A DNA stretch of 64,000 bases from Basidiobolus meristosporus CBS 931.73. Lineage: Eukaryota; Fungi; Basidiobolomycota. Below are positions 23,697 through 36,668 of this stretch, piece after piece. Each line of letters begins with the position of its first letter. The first letter of the stretch is position 1. The translations under genes were made by a program, and so were the position numbers. The stretch covers positions 1 to 64,000 of the forward strand of contig MCFE01000204.1 in assembly GCA_002104905.1 (NCBI GenBank), given 5' to 3'. The notes beneath the pieces are model-generated. The model searched no databases and was not told the DNA's origin. It worked only from the letters and a program-made list of their open reading frames with translations.

Positions 23697-25804
23697 CTCA
23701 CCCATGAAATCCAGCATATCCAAGAATCTTCCTTTGCCACAAAACAACTCCATGAAATCTCCAGACCCTGATTACTGTGAAAGGATTGTTGCCAACAGTT
23801 CAACAGCCCAAGATACCTTGCCAGCTGAAGGAGCCCCCTCAGCAAATATACCAGCCAAGTACCAAGAGTTTGCCCATATCTTTGACAAGAAGAAAGCAGA
23901 GCTCCTCCCTGACCATCGGCCTTATGACTGCCCTATTGACCTTGAAGATGGAAAAGTCCCTCCATTTGGCCCAATATATAACCTCTCCCAGCCGGAGTTG
24001 AAAGAACTCCATAGTTGTATTCAAGAAAACCTCCAGAAGGGTTTATTCAGCACTCCAAATCACCTGCTGGAGCCCCAATCCTCTTTGTCAAGAAGAAGGA
24101 TGGCACCCTCAGAATGTGTGTGGACTACCATGCTTTGAATAAGATCACAGTCAAGAACTGCTACCCCCTGCCCCTGATCAACATACTGTTGGATCAGCTA
24201 TCTGCTGCCCAAGTCTTCACCAAGATTGACTTGAGAGGAGCTTACAAACACACCTTTTGCATGGAATGAGGAGCAATCCGGCTCATTCAACCAGCTCAAG
24301 AAATCTTTCCTGAAGGCCCCCCTGCTTGCCCACCCTGATCTTGAGAAGTAATTTATAGTAGAGACTGATGCTTCTGATTTTGCCCTTGGTGCCATACTCT
24401 CCCAGTATGATGAAGCCATTGTGTTGCACCCCACTGCATTCTACTCTCAGAAGTTTTCCCCTGCAGAGATCAGCTATGATATCTATGATAAGGAGTTGCT
24501 TGCCATCATTGTAGCCTTTGAGCAATGGAGACACTACCTGGATGGTGCAAAACACAAAATCAAAGTCTTCTGTGACCATAAGAACCTCAAATACTTTGCA
24601 ACTTCCAAAGTACTAAACTAGAGACAAGCCAGATGGTCACTCTTCCTGTTCAGCTTTTACTTTACTATCACCTATAGAACTGGTGCAAAGCAAGGAAAGC
24701 CTGATGCCCTGTCCAGAAAAAAGGAATATGCCCTGGAAGAGGGAGATGATGCCTGTTGGCAAATGGCACACCCATTGCTGAGCACAAAACATTTTGAGAT
24801 TATTGTCACCCAGTCCTCAAGTCTTGTCATCCCTTCATTCCTAGTAAAGATATCAGAATCCCAAGCCTCTGATATGACTTCCAGCACCATCAAGAAATAT
24901 CTGGAATCCCCAGTTGGGCCCCCTCCCAAGTTCCCAAACATCCAGAACCTGCATTTGGTAAACAACCTCATCTAACACAAGCAGCAGCTTTATGTCCCAG
25001 ACCTTGCCACCCAACTAGACATCATTAAGTCTCAGCATGATTCAATGGCTGCAGGCCACTTTGGTACTGCCAAAACCTTGAATGCTATCAAAAGAGATTT
25101 CTGGTGGCCTAGAATGATAACTCTTATCAAAGAGTGCATTCTGACTTGTGATATTTGCAACCGTGCAAAACCAGCCAGACACCAGCCCTATGGACTTCTT
25201 CAGCCCTTGCATATCCCAGAACACCATGGAGATCTATATCTATGGACTTCATTACTGACCTCCCTGAGTCCTGTGGCTTCAATGCTATACTTGTAGTGGC
25301 TGACTGGCTGACCAAGATGGCTTACTTTATCCCTTGCTGTAAGAACACTGATGCAAAAGAAACCGCTGTGTTAGTCCTCAAGAATATTTTCCACCTTCAT
25401 GGTATCCCCAGTAATATTACCCTATAAAAAATTTTTGAGATGATCCTGTCAAAAGGCCATCACAAAGTTAATGTCCCATGACTGAGAGGTACTGATCTTG
25501 TCAGGACACCATCCAGAGACCGTTGAAAAATAATTGCACCCCAGATTTCACCAAAAACTTCGTCAAAATTTTTCATTACATCAATGTATAAGTGGCGTTT
25601 GATTAGTTCCCTGCCAATTTGCTCACTTTCTGATCCTGGACACTCTATCACCTCCTACGTTTGTGTGAATTGATTGGCTATTGCCTCTTTTTCACACTCC
25701 TTACTTCCTGACTCAACCATTTCTCTTACTTTTCATGAGTACAAATTGATTTATTTTTGTTGAAACTTCAGTTTTACCTCAGTTGGGAAGTGTATTCACC
25801 TATA

Positions 25805-28171
25805 CTAGTCTCTATACCCTACACTGACATTAAGCCCAACCCCACACTCAACCAGTAACTCCATTAAAATCCACCACTCAATAAGTATTTCTGCTGTAAA
25901 GCTCTGGTTCCACAACTTTGGCGGGAACCCAATGGCTTTATGCCACTGTTCATTCACTGGTTCCCACACGTCCTGGTCTTCAGCTGGCACTGCAAGGTCT
26001 AGCTCCTCATCTGCCAGTCTTTGCAATGAATCCTTGCAGTATTCCAGTGCATTTTCTTGAGCACTGATCTTGAAGAAGTGCTGCAACCTCTTGGTGTGCC
26101 TATTAATGTTCCAAAACTCCACTGAAGGCATTGTGATAGTCTTTTGAGCTCTTGACATTGTTGCCTTGTCTGTCAGTGGGATCTCCACTCTGTCAACAAT
26201 GGAGGCTGTGGTCTACCTTGCTGGAGTGTAGCTCAACTGGCTGTGCTTCCAACTCTTGTGAAAACAGCTGTTTTCTTGTTGGTCATTCTTCTTGGCTATG
26301 ATGGGATTCAGTCTGTTCCTGGCTTGTGGCATTAATTGGCGGGAGCTGCAGTTTTTTTTGCATGCCTCCCTGTCTCAGGCTTGGGTAGACATTTTTCCCT
26401 TTACCTTTTCCTTTATCACTGCCAGGTCTCTACTGCTACTTTGTCTGAGTGCTTCTTGTAAAGCACTACATTTTCTCCTGGATAAATTCTGCTCTGACAC
26501 ATCTGTTTTGGCCTGCTTGTCCCTTGCTGGCACTCTTCTGGCAACCTGATGTTTCTTTTCAGCTTGTTTTGAGCTCTCAACTGTAGTTGTGACAGGCTCC
26601 TGTAAAAGTGGCTGGTTTTTATCACTGCCAGGTCCTTCACTGCTACTTTGACTGGGTGCTTCTTGAGTGGTACTACGCTTTTTCCTTGATAAATGTTGTG
26701 CTGGTGCAGCCATGTCTGCCTGCTTGTCCTTAATTGGCACTCTTCCAGCTGCCTGACGTCTCTTTGACGCTTGTCTGGAGCTTTTGGCCCTGCTTGTAAC
26801 GGGCTCTTGAGGAAGCCGCTGGTTTTTAGCCATGGCACCCTTCTACTTGTGCCTTTGATAGTTTCCGCTATTCTTAAGATACTTTCTTAGTATACCAATG
26901 CTGGCTCAAAATCCGTTTGCCCGTTTGAATCCATGATAATGCTCATGATACAAGTCAAGTGAATTCTGCCTGACCTTGAGTTCCTGATGGTCCCATGGTA
27001 TGCCGGCCTTAAGGTGATGGCATGCTAGACTTCTGACGGCCTCTTGTATATTAGCCCACTCTTCATTATTGCACTCAATGGCTTCTTGGATCTTCAATGT
27101 CTTTTAATCTTTAGGCTTTGGTATAAACACCACATTATCTCCCTCCCATGTTGTGATAGGTTTTTCTGTGGGCTTTATCTTTGGGCACTGTTGTTGTGCT
27201 TCAAAGACTGTACAGTTTTAGCTATGGCAGCATGATTCTTCTGCCTTTAATAGTTTCTGCCATACTTGAGATACTTTCTCAGCTTACCAATGCTGGCTTA
27301 AAATCCATTGGCTTGCTTGAATCCAGGGTGATGCTCATGGAATGGGTCAAGAGCATTCTGCATGGCCATGAGTTCCTGATGGTCTCATTGTATGCCAGCT
27401 TCAAGGTGATCCCATGCTAGACTTTTAACAGCCTATTGAATAATAATCCACTCTTCATACTTGTACTCAAAGGCTTCACAGATCTTCAATGTCTTTTGAT
27501 TTTAGGCATAGGTATAAACACCACAGTCTCTCTCTTCCATGCTTTGATAGATTTCTCTGTGGGCTTTATCTTTAGGCACTGCTGTTGTGCTTCAAAGACC
27601 GTAAAGTGTTCCTCTGCTGTTACATTGGGAATTGACTCAATTCTTGGCTGTGACATTGAGCTACTTGAGTTCCTTCTTTGCAGCAAAGATACTGCTTTCT
27701 CTACCTGGGATATTGATTGCTCTACACGTATTATCCGCTCATCCTGTTTCTGGACTACTTCCTGATTTCTCTGAGCCATTGCATCTATCCTATCAGCCAC
27801 TGCACCTAATTGCTTCATTAATGCTTTGGTATGAGCTGACAACATACTAGCTAATATGGGTGGTGGTGATGTTATCATGGCCACTTGCTGATCTTCAACA
27901 GAGGGTACTGCCTTTGCTACATTCTCATCTGCCTGAGCATAATGGTCAGCTTGTGGCTCCACAGAGGTCTCAATTGCCTACTTGACTGAGAGCCTGAGGA
28001 GTCCGCATTATTACCATCAATGGGCACACTGTCCACAGGGCCTTTTTTGGATGTAGCCCTGCTTGTTGCACTGAATGTCAAAGCAAGCTGTTGTCCAACC
28101 CTTCTTCTGTTGCCGTCAGCGGTGGGGTTTGGTTGAGAACCAGATGGCTTTGCCTTATTTTTTGGCGGCAT
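25805..28171 (-). pseudogene. Unidentified second gene carried by the TIR element (coiled-coil-like N-terminal region, duplicated ~110-aa domain, basic ~69-aa repeats, distinct C-terminal region), disrupted
   Basis: Chain of minus-strand ORFs (27917-28171, 27486-27962, 26906-27097, 26375-26833, 25805-26188) broken by frameshifts and stops; no family recognised. Confidence 0.6.
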
Positions 28172-28393
28172 ATATATGGAAGTGAGTCAAACCAAAGGGG
28201 AAATAGTGTTACATATATGTGTGTTTGTGGTGCCACAACTTTATCTATAATGCTTACTATGGCAGGTCATCATTGAATCTTACATTCATGTAGGTGCAAT
28301 GTCTCAAATACAAGACTGTCTTAAGTTCACATGAGTATTGACCAAAAAGTGATATAATAGCATTACATTGATGAAGGTCAAACTGTTTGCTCC

Positions 28394-31200
28394 ATGGACA
28401 AGACTACTTTGACTCAATGCTGTAAGAGAAGAGAAAAAAGACCATGTAGCTATTGTGGCAAGCCTCTCAGCCATGAAGCACGCAGACAGCATAGGAAGTA
28501 TTACAAGGATCATGGCCAGTGTTTTGCCACCCAAGTCATATTTGACCATTCATTGGTCACTACTGTACCAACATTATCTTGCCAGCCAGTTGATACTTCT
28601 ATATTGGCACCTACCCATCTTTGTCACCTTACGCAAACTGAGTCAGGTGAGTTTGTGACACCTTCAGGCTCACCTCAGCCTTCTAAATATGGCACGCAGA
28701 GTGATAGCTCTGACAAAGAAGATTCACTGATGGATTTTGATCCTATCTCCCCTAACAAAGGTACCACATATGAGCCTGGTCAAATCCCTATATGCAATGA
28801 GACAATGCCTGTTGAAACAAATACCAAGAATACTTTATGGAGCCAAGTGAGCCCAGTAATCCATCAACTGGTGAATGATGTAATGTTGTGGCTAGAGAAG
28901 TGGCGCATTTCCACTAATATCAGTAACGGGGTCTTTGAGGATCTATTACTACTTCTTGTCAAAATCATACCAGGATGCAACTTACCATGTACATGGTACA
29001 AGTGGACAACTGTCATGCTGCTGGCAACATATGATCCATAGACTGTCCTGATTCCAGCATGTGTTAACAGTTGCATGGCATTCACATCCAAAAATGCTAC
29101 CATTGCAACATGTCCAAATTGTTAGGAATCCACCACCATTGAGGGAAAACATTGTTCACACTCTGGATACATTCTGGTCATACCCCATCTGAGGAAGCTG
29201 ATGCAGTCCAACAAATATTGCAAAGCTATACAGTACCACACTTAGTATCAATCAAGCACAAACATATCCAAATATATTCTATGGCAAACATCACAAACAG
29301 CTAAGATGCAAGGGCTACTTTGAAGGTATGTATGACCATGCCTTTGCTTTAGCACTTGATGGATTCTCATTAAACAAGTACTCTACCAGCAAATCCTGCT
29401 GGCCACTGATTCTCATCAATCTGAATCTGCCACCCATCTTACGGTATCAGAGCAATAATCTAATGGTAGTCTCACTGGTATCTGAGCCTGAATCACTGTC
29501 CAACCTGATAGCTACCTGTATCCATTGCTGAATGAATTTTGTATGCTTTCCAGCAGAAAAATGGTAAATGGCCATCATGTAAAAGCTCATATTATTATCT
29601 GCATTGGAGATGCCTCAGCCATCAGCAAGATAGCAGGTTTTTCTGGGCACAATGGACAGTATTGCTGTCAAATGTGTGAGATCCAGGGGATTTACTCCAT
29701 AACTCACACACATTATTATTACCCATACACCAGCACTAAGAACATCATCTTTCCACAGAGAGAACGTACAGAAGTAAGCATGCAATTGTAGCAAAGTCGG
29801 CAAGCTATAAGCCATTGGCCGGAATATGAAATCAAATGGAAACCAGAGATACTTAAGATAGAGGGTATCTGTTGGAGCAAAAGCTTTCCACTGGGAGCAA
29901 TGCATTTGCTTTTCAACAATATCCCTATACTGATGACCAAGTTGTACATGGGGCATTTCAAGCTAAATGAGCCCTTGAAGATACCGGAGAAATTTGAAAG
30001 AATTGGCAAGATATTACAGAGTATCTGCTACCCTAAGTAATTCTCACAGGCTCCAATTAATATTCATACGCATATGAGACAATACAAATGCAAAGACTGG
30101 ATAAACTGGATATGTATTTATTCAATGGTGTTCTGAAGCCATTCCTACTAAGAGTACATTGGAAGCATTGGGAGTCATATGTAGTCATTGTAGGAATATT
30201 TGTCCAGAAGCGGATCACCAATGCCAACTTGACGCATCTACAGCTATTGTGTGAGGAGTTGGTGATGGGATTTGAGCAGCTATACTAGAAACATAAAGCT
30301 GAATGTGTAGATCTCTGTTGCTACTGTATCCATTCTCTACTCCATCTTGCATGATGCGTGGAAAATATCAGGCCTTGCTTCACCTTTTGGAAGTTTCCTA
30401 TGGAGCAGATGTGTGGGGAGATAGGAAGACAAGTCAAGTTGCAGGTACTACCATATCCCAATCTCATCAAGAATATTACCTTCAAGTCCGTCATGGATGT
30501 GATGAGTGGACACAAGGAGGACAGCCAGAAAGAGTTGGAAAATACTGAGGACAAATGTGCACATGGAGACACCTATGCCTATGGCATTAAGAAGCCAAGC
30601 AGCCCCAATGTGTGGGTAATCAGTTAAGTAATGCAAAGTTGGGTTGGGTGCAACAAGCAACTAATTTTTATCAGGAAAACTCCACCAAGATATGCCGGAT
30701 TTCTTGTGGTCACAAGCCAACTTCTACACCATTCAATACAGAATTCACACAAACAAAAGCCAGAGCGCACCTATAAGGGGGACTAGAATCCAGCAGGGAG
30801 AAGGAATATATTGGCTAAATACCAAGAAGTTCTTTGCCAATATTCAGGAGGTATTCATGGCAGAAGTGGCAACAACCAAGCATATGTTTGCAAGATGTAT
30901 ATGCTACCAGCAGTACAAGGTATATGGCAACTTTGCAAGTATCACACTAAAAAGCCATAAAGTTGAGGTGATAGAAGTATGTCAATTGCGGCAGGTGAGC
31001 GTGTTTGTAGAGGTTAGTAAGCAAGAGGCCATAGTTTTTTTTAATTCAAACTATATGTGGAATACCCAAGGTAGTAGTGGGTAAGCAAATAAAGAAAGGT
31101 GATTCTACAGTGGAATATATGAATGGCATAAGGGGAGGTAGAAAAAGGAAATACCATTTGGTAAATTGGTACGGTAGCATTATACAGAACCAGCAGCAGG
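28394..31200 (+). pseudogene. CACTA/EnSpm (tnp2/Transposase_21-like) transposase, disrupted
   Basis: Motifs ALDGF...WPLILINLNLPP..RY..NN, IGDASAISKIAGFSGHNGQYCCQMC, FP(L)GAMHL and RPCFTFWKFPMEQ are typical of fungal EnSpm-like transposases; in-frame stops at ~29041 and elsewhere. The 3' end is approximate. Confidence 0.8.
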
Positions 31201-32693
31201 CCATCATACTGCCAAGCAAAAGCCATCAGAGTATTGCTGTGAGGCTGTCAAAATACCATCAAGTTTCTTGCCATATAAGGCAATATGGAAGTCCTGGCCA
31301 ACTGGATCCACTTAAAAAAGTAATATAGCGCTGAAAGACCGCAACAATGCCATGCAAATATTGTCACAGCACCAATCAAAAATTGCCAAGCTTTATCCCT
31401 TTATTTGGCTGTAAAATTTGCAAAACACCGTCATGATCTCGTTATAAGATTGTCAGGAGGGTCACTAATTCCAAGCTGCTATTATTATAATGGTCTCTAA
31501 ACAGGATCTTGATGGATGATCCAGATTGGATCCACCCATGGGACCAAAGTATTTTTCATAGGGAAATGTTAGATAGAGGCCCACAGTTTGTGTCCAAATT
31601 TTGGAAACACTTCATGCAATACCTTAGCGTTCAAGTCAAACTCTCCACTGCCTTCCATCCTCAATCTGATGGCCAGACTGAAAGAATCAACCAGACTCTA
31701 GAGCAATACCTGCGGTGCTATATCAATTACCAGCAAGACAATTGGGATGATCTACTCCCTGTTGCTGAGTTTGTCTACAACAACTCAAGCCATAGTGCAA
31801 CTGGTTTTACACCATTCTATTCAAACTATGGATTTTACCCTCAGTTTGATATCCAGATTCCAACAAACCCAATGAGCCCACATGCGGCTGAACATGCCCA
31901 AGCAATCCAGGACATCCAGAATACCCTCCAGGAGGAGCTATCCTTAGCTCAGGAAAGCTACAAGAAATTTGCCAATCTAAAACAGCATCCCAGCCCTGAT
32001 CTTAATGAAAGAGATTCTGTATGGTTGCTCAGAAGAAACATCAGCACCAACCGCTGTGGTGGTGTATAAGTCCAAAGGGCAAAATACGGCCAACACTTCT
32101 CAAGTGTTAATGTGTGTGGGGTGTTCACTGGGTGCAACAACCTCTGGCAAAAGCTTGCTAGGAATACTGGGTCTTTTGTCTAGTCTAATGTGAAGGGGGA
32201 TAAAGCCTCAAGCTTGTCAACAGAAAACTATTGAACTACAATCCCCAACTTAGTTGGCGTCTTAACAAAAGTTTATAATGGCTTTGACGTCCTTTGAGAT
32301 GACAATGTACTAAAGCTTCCAAAGTCAAAACAACTGTAAACTCTGTTGTAAAAATTTGTTTTATCACCTAAATATTCACCTAACTTAGTCACTTAGATCA
32401 TCACCTTTAAATCCTAGAGAATACTGACCAAAATTCCTTGTTGGGATATACTTAGAATATTTTCACCAAAATACCAGGTACCCAGAACATGAAAATTCTC
32501 AAAGTTGTCCAAGCAGCCCCAAACTTTGCACAGATGTTCTTGGGACCTTCCTTAACCTATTCTACGTGTTTGTAATGCCAAGACCATGTAAAAGTATAAA
32601 TACTACTTTTACATTCAATAAATCATTAAGTGAAAACCACATAATCTACTTGTTCTCCAAATCACTTCCAATATCTCCAAGACTCTTACAACA

Positions 32694-32705
32694 GGTTATG
32701 AGCCC
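32694..32705 (+). promoter_or_regulatory. Half-tRNA PBS GGTTATGAGCCC (complementary to the anticodon arm of tRNA-iMet)
   Basis: Abuts the LTR end and is present in all three full copia copies (also 47200-47211 and ~16755-16766, minus strand). It matches the internal-tRNA primer type known from Ty5 and Drosophila copia. Confidence 0.85.
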
Positions 32706-35700
32706 CAAGCTGTCACTCTCTGCAATGTCTACTACTGCTATTACTGGAATTTTTCCCTCTACTGAAAAGTTGGATGGATCTAACTACCAAGTGTGGAAAG
32801 TGAAGATGAAGATGCTGCTGCAAGAAAGAGGCCTTTGGGATATTGTCATGGGAGAAGAATGCCCTCCTAAAAACGTGGGAGAGGAAGCCTTAAAGTACCA
32901 GAAGAAAGAACAAAGTGCCTTTAACTGCATTTGCCTTAATGTCAAGGACAAATTGCTAATTCAATGCTCAAGAGCAAAAACGGCAAAGAATGCCTGGAAG
33001 GCATTAGAAGACACCTACCAGTCATGTTTAGCTGCCAAGAAAATGTATCTGAGAAAAAAATTCTTTACTACAAAGATGCTGCCAGGAGAAGAAATGAAAA
33101 ATCTAATTAACAGAATTACCCTGCTGGTAGAGGAGATGGAATCTGTGGGCGTACCAACTACTGATGAGGATGTGATAGTTACCATCCTGAATAGCCTGAC
33201 AGACGAGTTTCAGGGCCTTGTATCAGCCCTAGAGTCCAGAACTGAAGATTTGACCTTAAATTACGTATATGGAAGGCTCCTGGATGAAGAATTAAGAAAA
33301 TCAAGCGCCAATAAGAAGGAAGAAGAAAATGCTTTAATAAGCAATGATAACCAGCAAAGGAGGTACCCAAGACCCTACAAAGGCAACAGCAACCTATTTT
33401 GCAACTACTGCAAAAGGAAAGGACACACATCAGACCGGTGTTTGAAAAAGAGAGATTATCAGCAAAAGAAGCCTGCATATGGAAATGCTGCAACAACTGA
33501 AGATAGACTATTCATATCTGCACTAAATATGACCACAAACAAGGATTCTCAGACATGGTATATTGACTCTGGAGCTTCTCAACACTTTACACACCAAAAA
33601 GAACTTTTTACCCAATATCAAGAAATTCCAATTAAGAAGGTTTTCATGGGTGACAATAGAACACTTGATGCAGTGGGAGAAGGAACTATCCAAGTAAACC
33701 TTAGAAGCAGTGAAGGAAGCCATAGACTGACCTTTAAAGAAGTACTCTATGTACCAGAAATAGCCAAGAACCTACTCTCTGTAAGCAAGGCCACAGCAGA
33801 AGGACTCAGTTTCAGTTTTGACAATTCTGGATGCAGGATCACTGATCAAAATGGTGCTCATATTGCTTTGGGCATCAGAGATCAGAACCTATACAAGTTG
33901 ACTTATATTCCATCATATCTGGAAGCCAATATAAGTAACTTAAATGAAGAAACACCAATGCTTTGGCACAGGAGATTTGGACACATCAATTTTGATTATT
34001 TGCGTAAAATGATCAAAGATCAGCTAATTTCTGGAGTGAAAACTGATCCCCCAGCTATTTTGGAGCACTGTGAAGCCTGCATATATGGGAAACAAGCCAG
34101 ACAGCCGTTCAAGAGCTCTGGGTTAATCAAAACTAAGAAAAAATTAGATCTAATTCACTCAGATCTGTGTGGTCCTATGCAAAATTTATCCTTAGGCGGG
34201 ATGAAGTATTTAATCACTTTTATTGATGATTATACAAGATACACATGGGTCTACTTCATGGAGAGAAAGGAAGAAGCTCTGTCTAAGCTCAGGGAGTTTA
34301 AAGCCATGGTGGAGAGAGAAACTGGTGAAAAAATCAAGAAAATACGCTCTGACAATGGTGGAGAATATACCTCAAAACTCGTCATCCACTTCTGCAAAAT
34401 TCATGGGATAAAGCAAGAGACTACTGTACCATACTCCCCACAGCAAAATGGAGTAGCAGAACGAGCTAACAGATCAATAATTGATATGGCAAGATCTATG
34501 ATCCATGATCAAAAATTATCCTATGATTTTTGGGCGGAATCAGTTGCCACTGCTGTATATCTTAAAAATAGGAGTTATAACAGAATACTTTGTGATTCTA
34601 CTCCATTTGAAGCATGGTATGGATAAAGACCAAGTGCAGAACATCTAAGAATATTTGGGTGTACAGCATATGCCAAAAAACTGGCCGGAAATCAGTCAAA
34701 ATTTGAGCCAAAAAGTGTAAAATGCATATTTTTGGGCTACTGCAATGAGAGTAAGGCATACAGACTCTACAGTACCAAAGCAAAGAAGCTGATCAAGTCC
34801 AGGGATGTGTTGTTTGATGAAAATTCAAAATTTTCACAAAAAATGACATCAGATGATGACAAAAATTTGATCTCAAGTCCACCAATTGTCAGGATTGAAT
34901 CAGAGCAAAACAGTGAAAATTTTTCACTCCAGAGGACTCTACAACCGTGGTTCAGCCAGAATCAGTGCCCAGGAATATCCCAGAAGTGATCATTCCAGTA
35001 TCAAATGCCTGGAGATCCAATCGGACAAGAAATAGCCCAAATTACTATATCAATGAGGGTACAAACTTAGCCTATGCCTATTCAGTCCATGTTGCTGAAC
35101 CCCAGACTGTAAAAGAGGCCCTAAATAGCCCTCAGACAAAGTTTTGGAGATCTGCAATGACTGAGGAATATCAGGCACTGATGGAAAATCAAACTTGGGA
35201 CTTAGTCAAATTTCCAATCAACCAAAAATCAATTGGATGCAGATGGGACTTCAAGACAAAGTACAAGGCTGATGGTACAATTGAAAGATACAAAGCAAGA
35301 CTTGTAGCCAAAGGATACTCTCAAACAAAAGGACTTGACTATACTGAGACCTTTGCACCGGTAGCCAAGTTTAATTCCATCAGATTAATATTGGCTATTG
35401 CAGCCAAATATAAGTTTTTTATTCATCAAATGGATGTAAGAACTGCATTTTTGAATGGAGAACTTGATGAGGACGTGTATATGGACCAGCCTGATGGGTT
35501 TGTTGACCAAGATAACCCCCATTTGGTCTGCAAGCTTAAAAAGTCACTATATGGTCTCAAACAATCACCGAGAGCCTGGAATTGCAAGATAGATTCTTAT
35601 TTGGAATCTTTGAGTTTCAAAAGGAGTAATGCTGACTATAGTATATACTATAAGCCAGATAGAGCAAATCCAGTTCTATTAGCTCTATATGTGGATGATC

Positions 35701-36668
35701 TTATTATAGCCGCCAATAACCTAGAAACATTGGAAGAGACTAAATCCAGCCTATCTAAGGAGTTCAAGATGTCTGATCTAGGAGAACTTAGTTACTACTT
35801 AGGGATTAAGTTCTCCATAGAAAGAAGTACCCAGACTATCACCCTAAGCCAATCCAAGTATATTCAAGATATACTAAAGAAGTACAAAATGGAAGACTGT
35901 AAACCAGCTGCTACCCCAATGGAGACAAACCTTAACTTGGTCAAAACTCAACCAAATCAAGAGAGCTTGGTGCCATCTGAAAGCCCTGACTTTCCTTATC
36001 AATCTATGGTCGGCAGTCTGATGTATATCATGCTTGGAACACGTCCAGATATCTCATATTCAGTGGGAGTTGTCAGCCAACATAATCAGAATTATGGATC
36101 TGATCATATTGCAGCAGTTAAGCGGATTTTTAGATACCTAAAAGGAACTGCTGATATCTGCTTAAGATACACTTATAAGGATTCAGAACAGGATCTTGTG
36201 GGATACTCTGATGCTGATTGGGGACGAAATTTAGAAGACAGAAGATCCACCACAGGATACACCTTTCTTTACTGTAAAGGAGCAATTTCATGGAATTCAA
36301 GAAAGCAACCAACCGTAGCACTTTCTACTACAGAGGCAGAGTATATGGCAGCCTGTGAAGCTACAAAAGAAGCAATGTGGTTAAGAAAGCTCTTTGCAGA
36401 TTTAGGCCTATGTCAAAAAACGCCTATTACTTTATTTCAAGATAATCAAGGATGTATACAATTAGGTAGAAATCCAACTTTTCATGCTAGAACCAAGCAC
36501 ATAGATATTAGACATCATTTCATACGTAAAGCTATAGAGAATAACTTAGTAAGCTTAGTTTACTGTCCTACAGATGAAATGATTGCAGACATATTTACCA
36601 AACCATTAGCAAGAGACAAGTTTGAATATCTTAGGTCAAAATTAGGACTAGTCAGTATGAACATTTAG
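32698..36668 (+). pseudogene. Copia gag-pol polyprotein (gag, CCHC, PR DSG, IN, RT YVDD, RNase H) with one nonsense codon (34624-34626) and a 1-bp deletion (~34920)
   Basis: Motifs CNYCKRKGHTSDRC, WYIDSGASQH, HSDLCG, SDNGGEY, YVDD, YSDAD, TEAEY. The sister copy has TAC at the stop position and one more T at the frameshift. Confidence 0.95.

Larger units (their letters stand above)
25420..31563. mobile_element. CACTA/EnSpm-like TIR DNA transposon (6144 bp) inserted in the B1 integrase
   Basis: Terminal inverted repeats CCCTATAAAAAAT / CCCTATGAAAAAT (12/13). B1 integrase reads HGIPSNI on the left flank and DRGPQF on the right. TSD not cleanly resolved. Confidence 0.85.

Noticed and set aside
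25412-31571. TAATATTA / AAATGTTA as an 8-bp TSD of the TIR element
   Set aside because: Two mismatches, and removing it does not restore the integrase frame; the TSD is left unresolved.
32566-32697. N-terminal extension of the copia ORF into the LTR (MFVMPRPCKS...)
   Set aside because: It begins upstream of and spans the LTR TATA box, so it is unlikely to be in the transcript; its presence in both copies reflects LTR identity.
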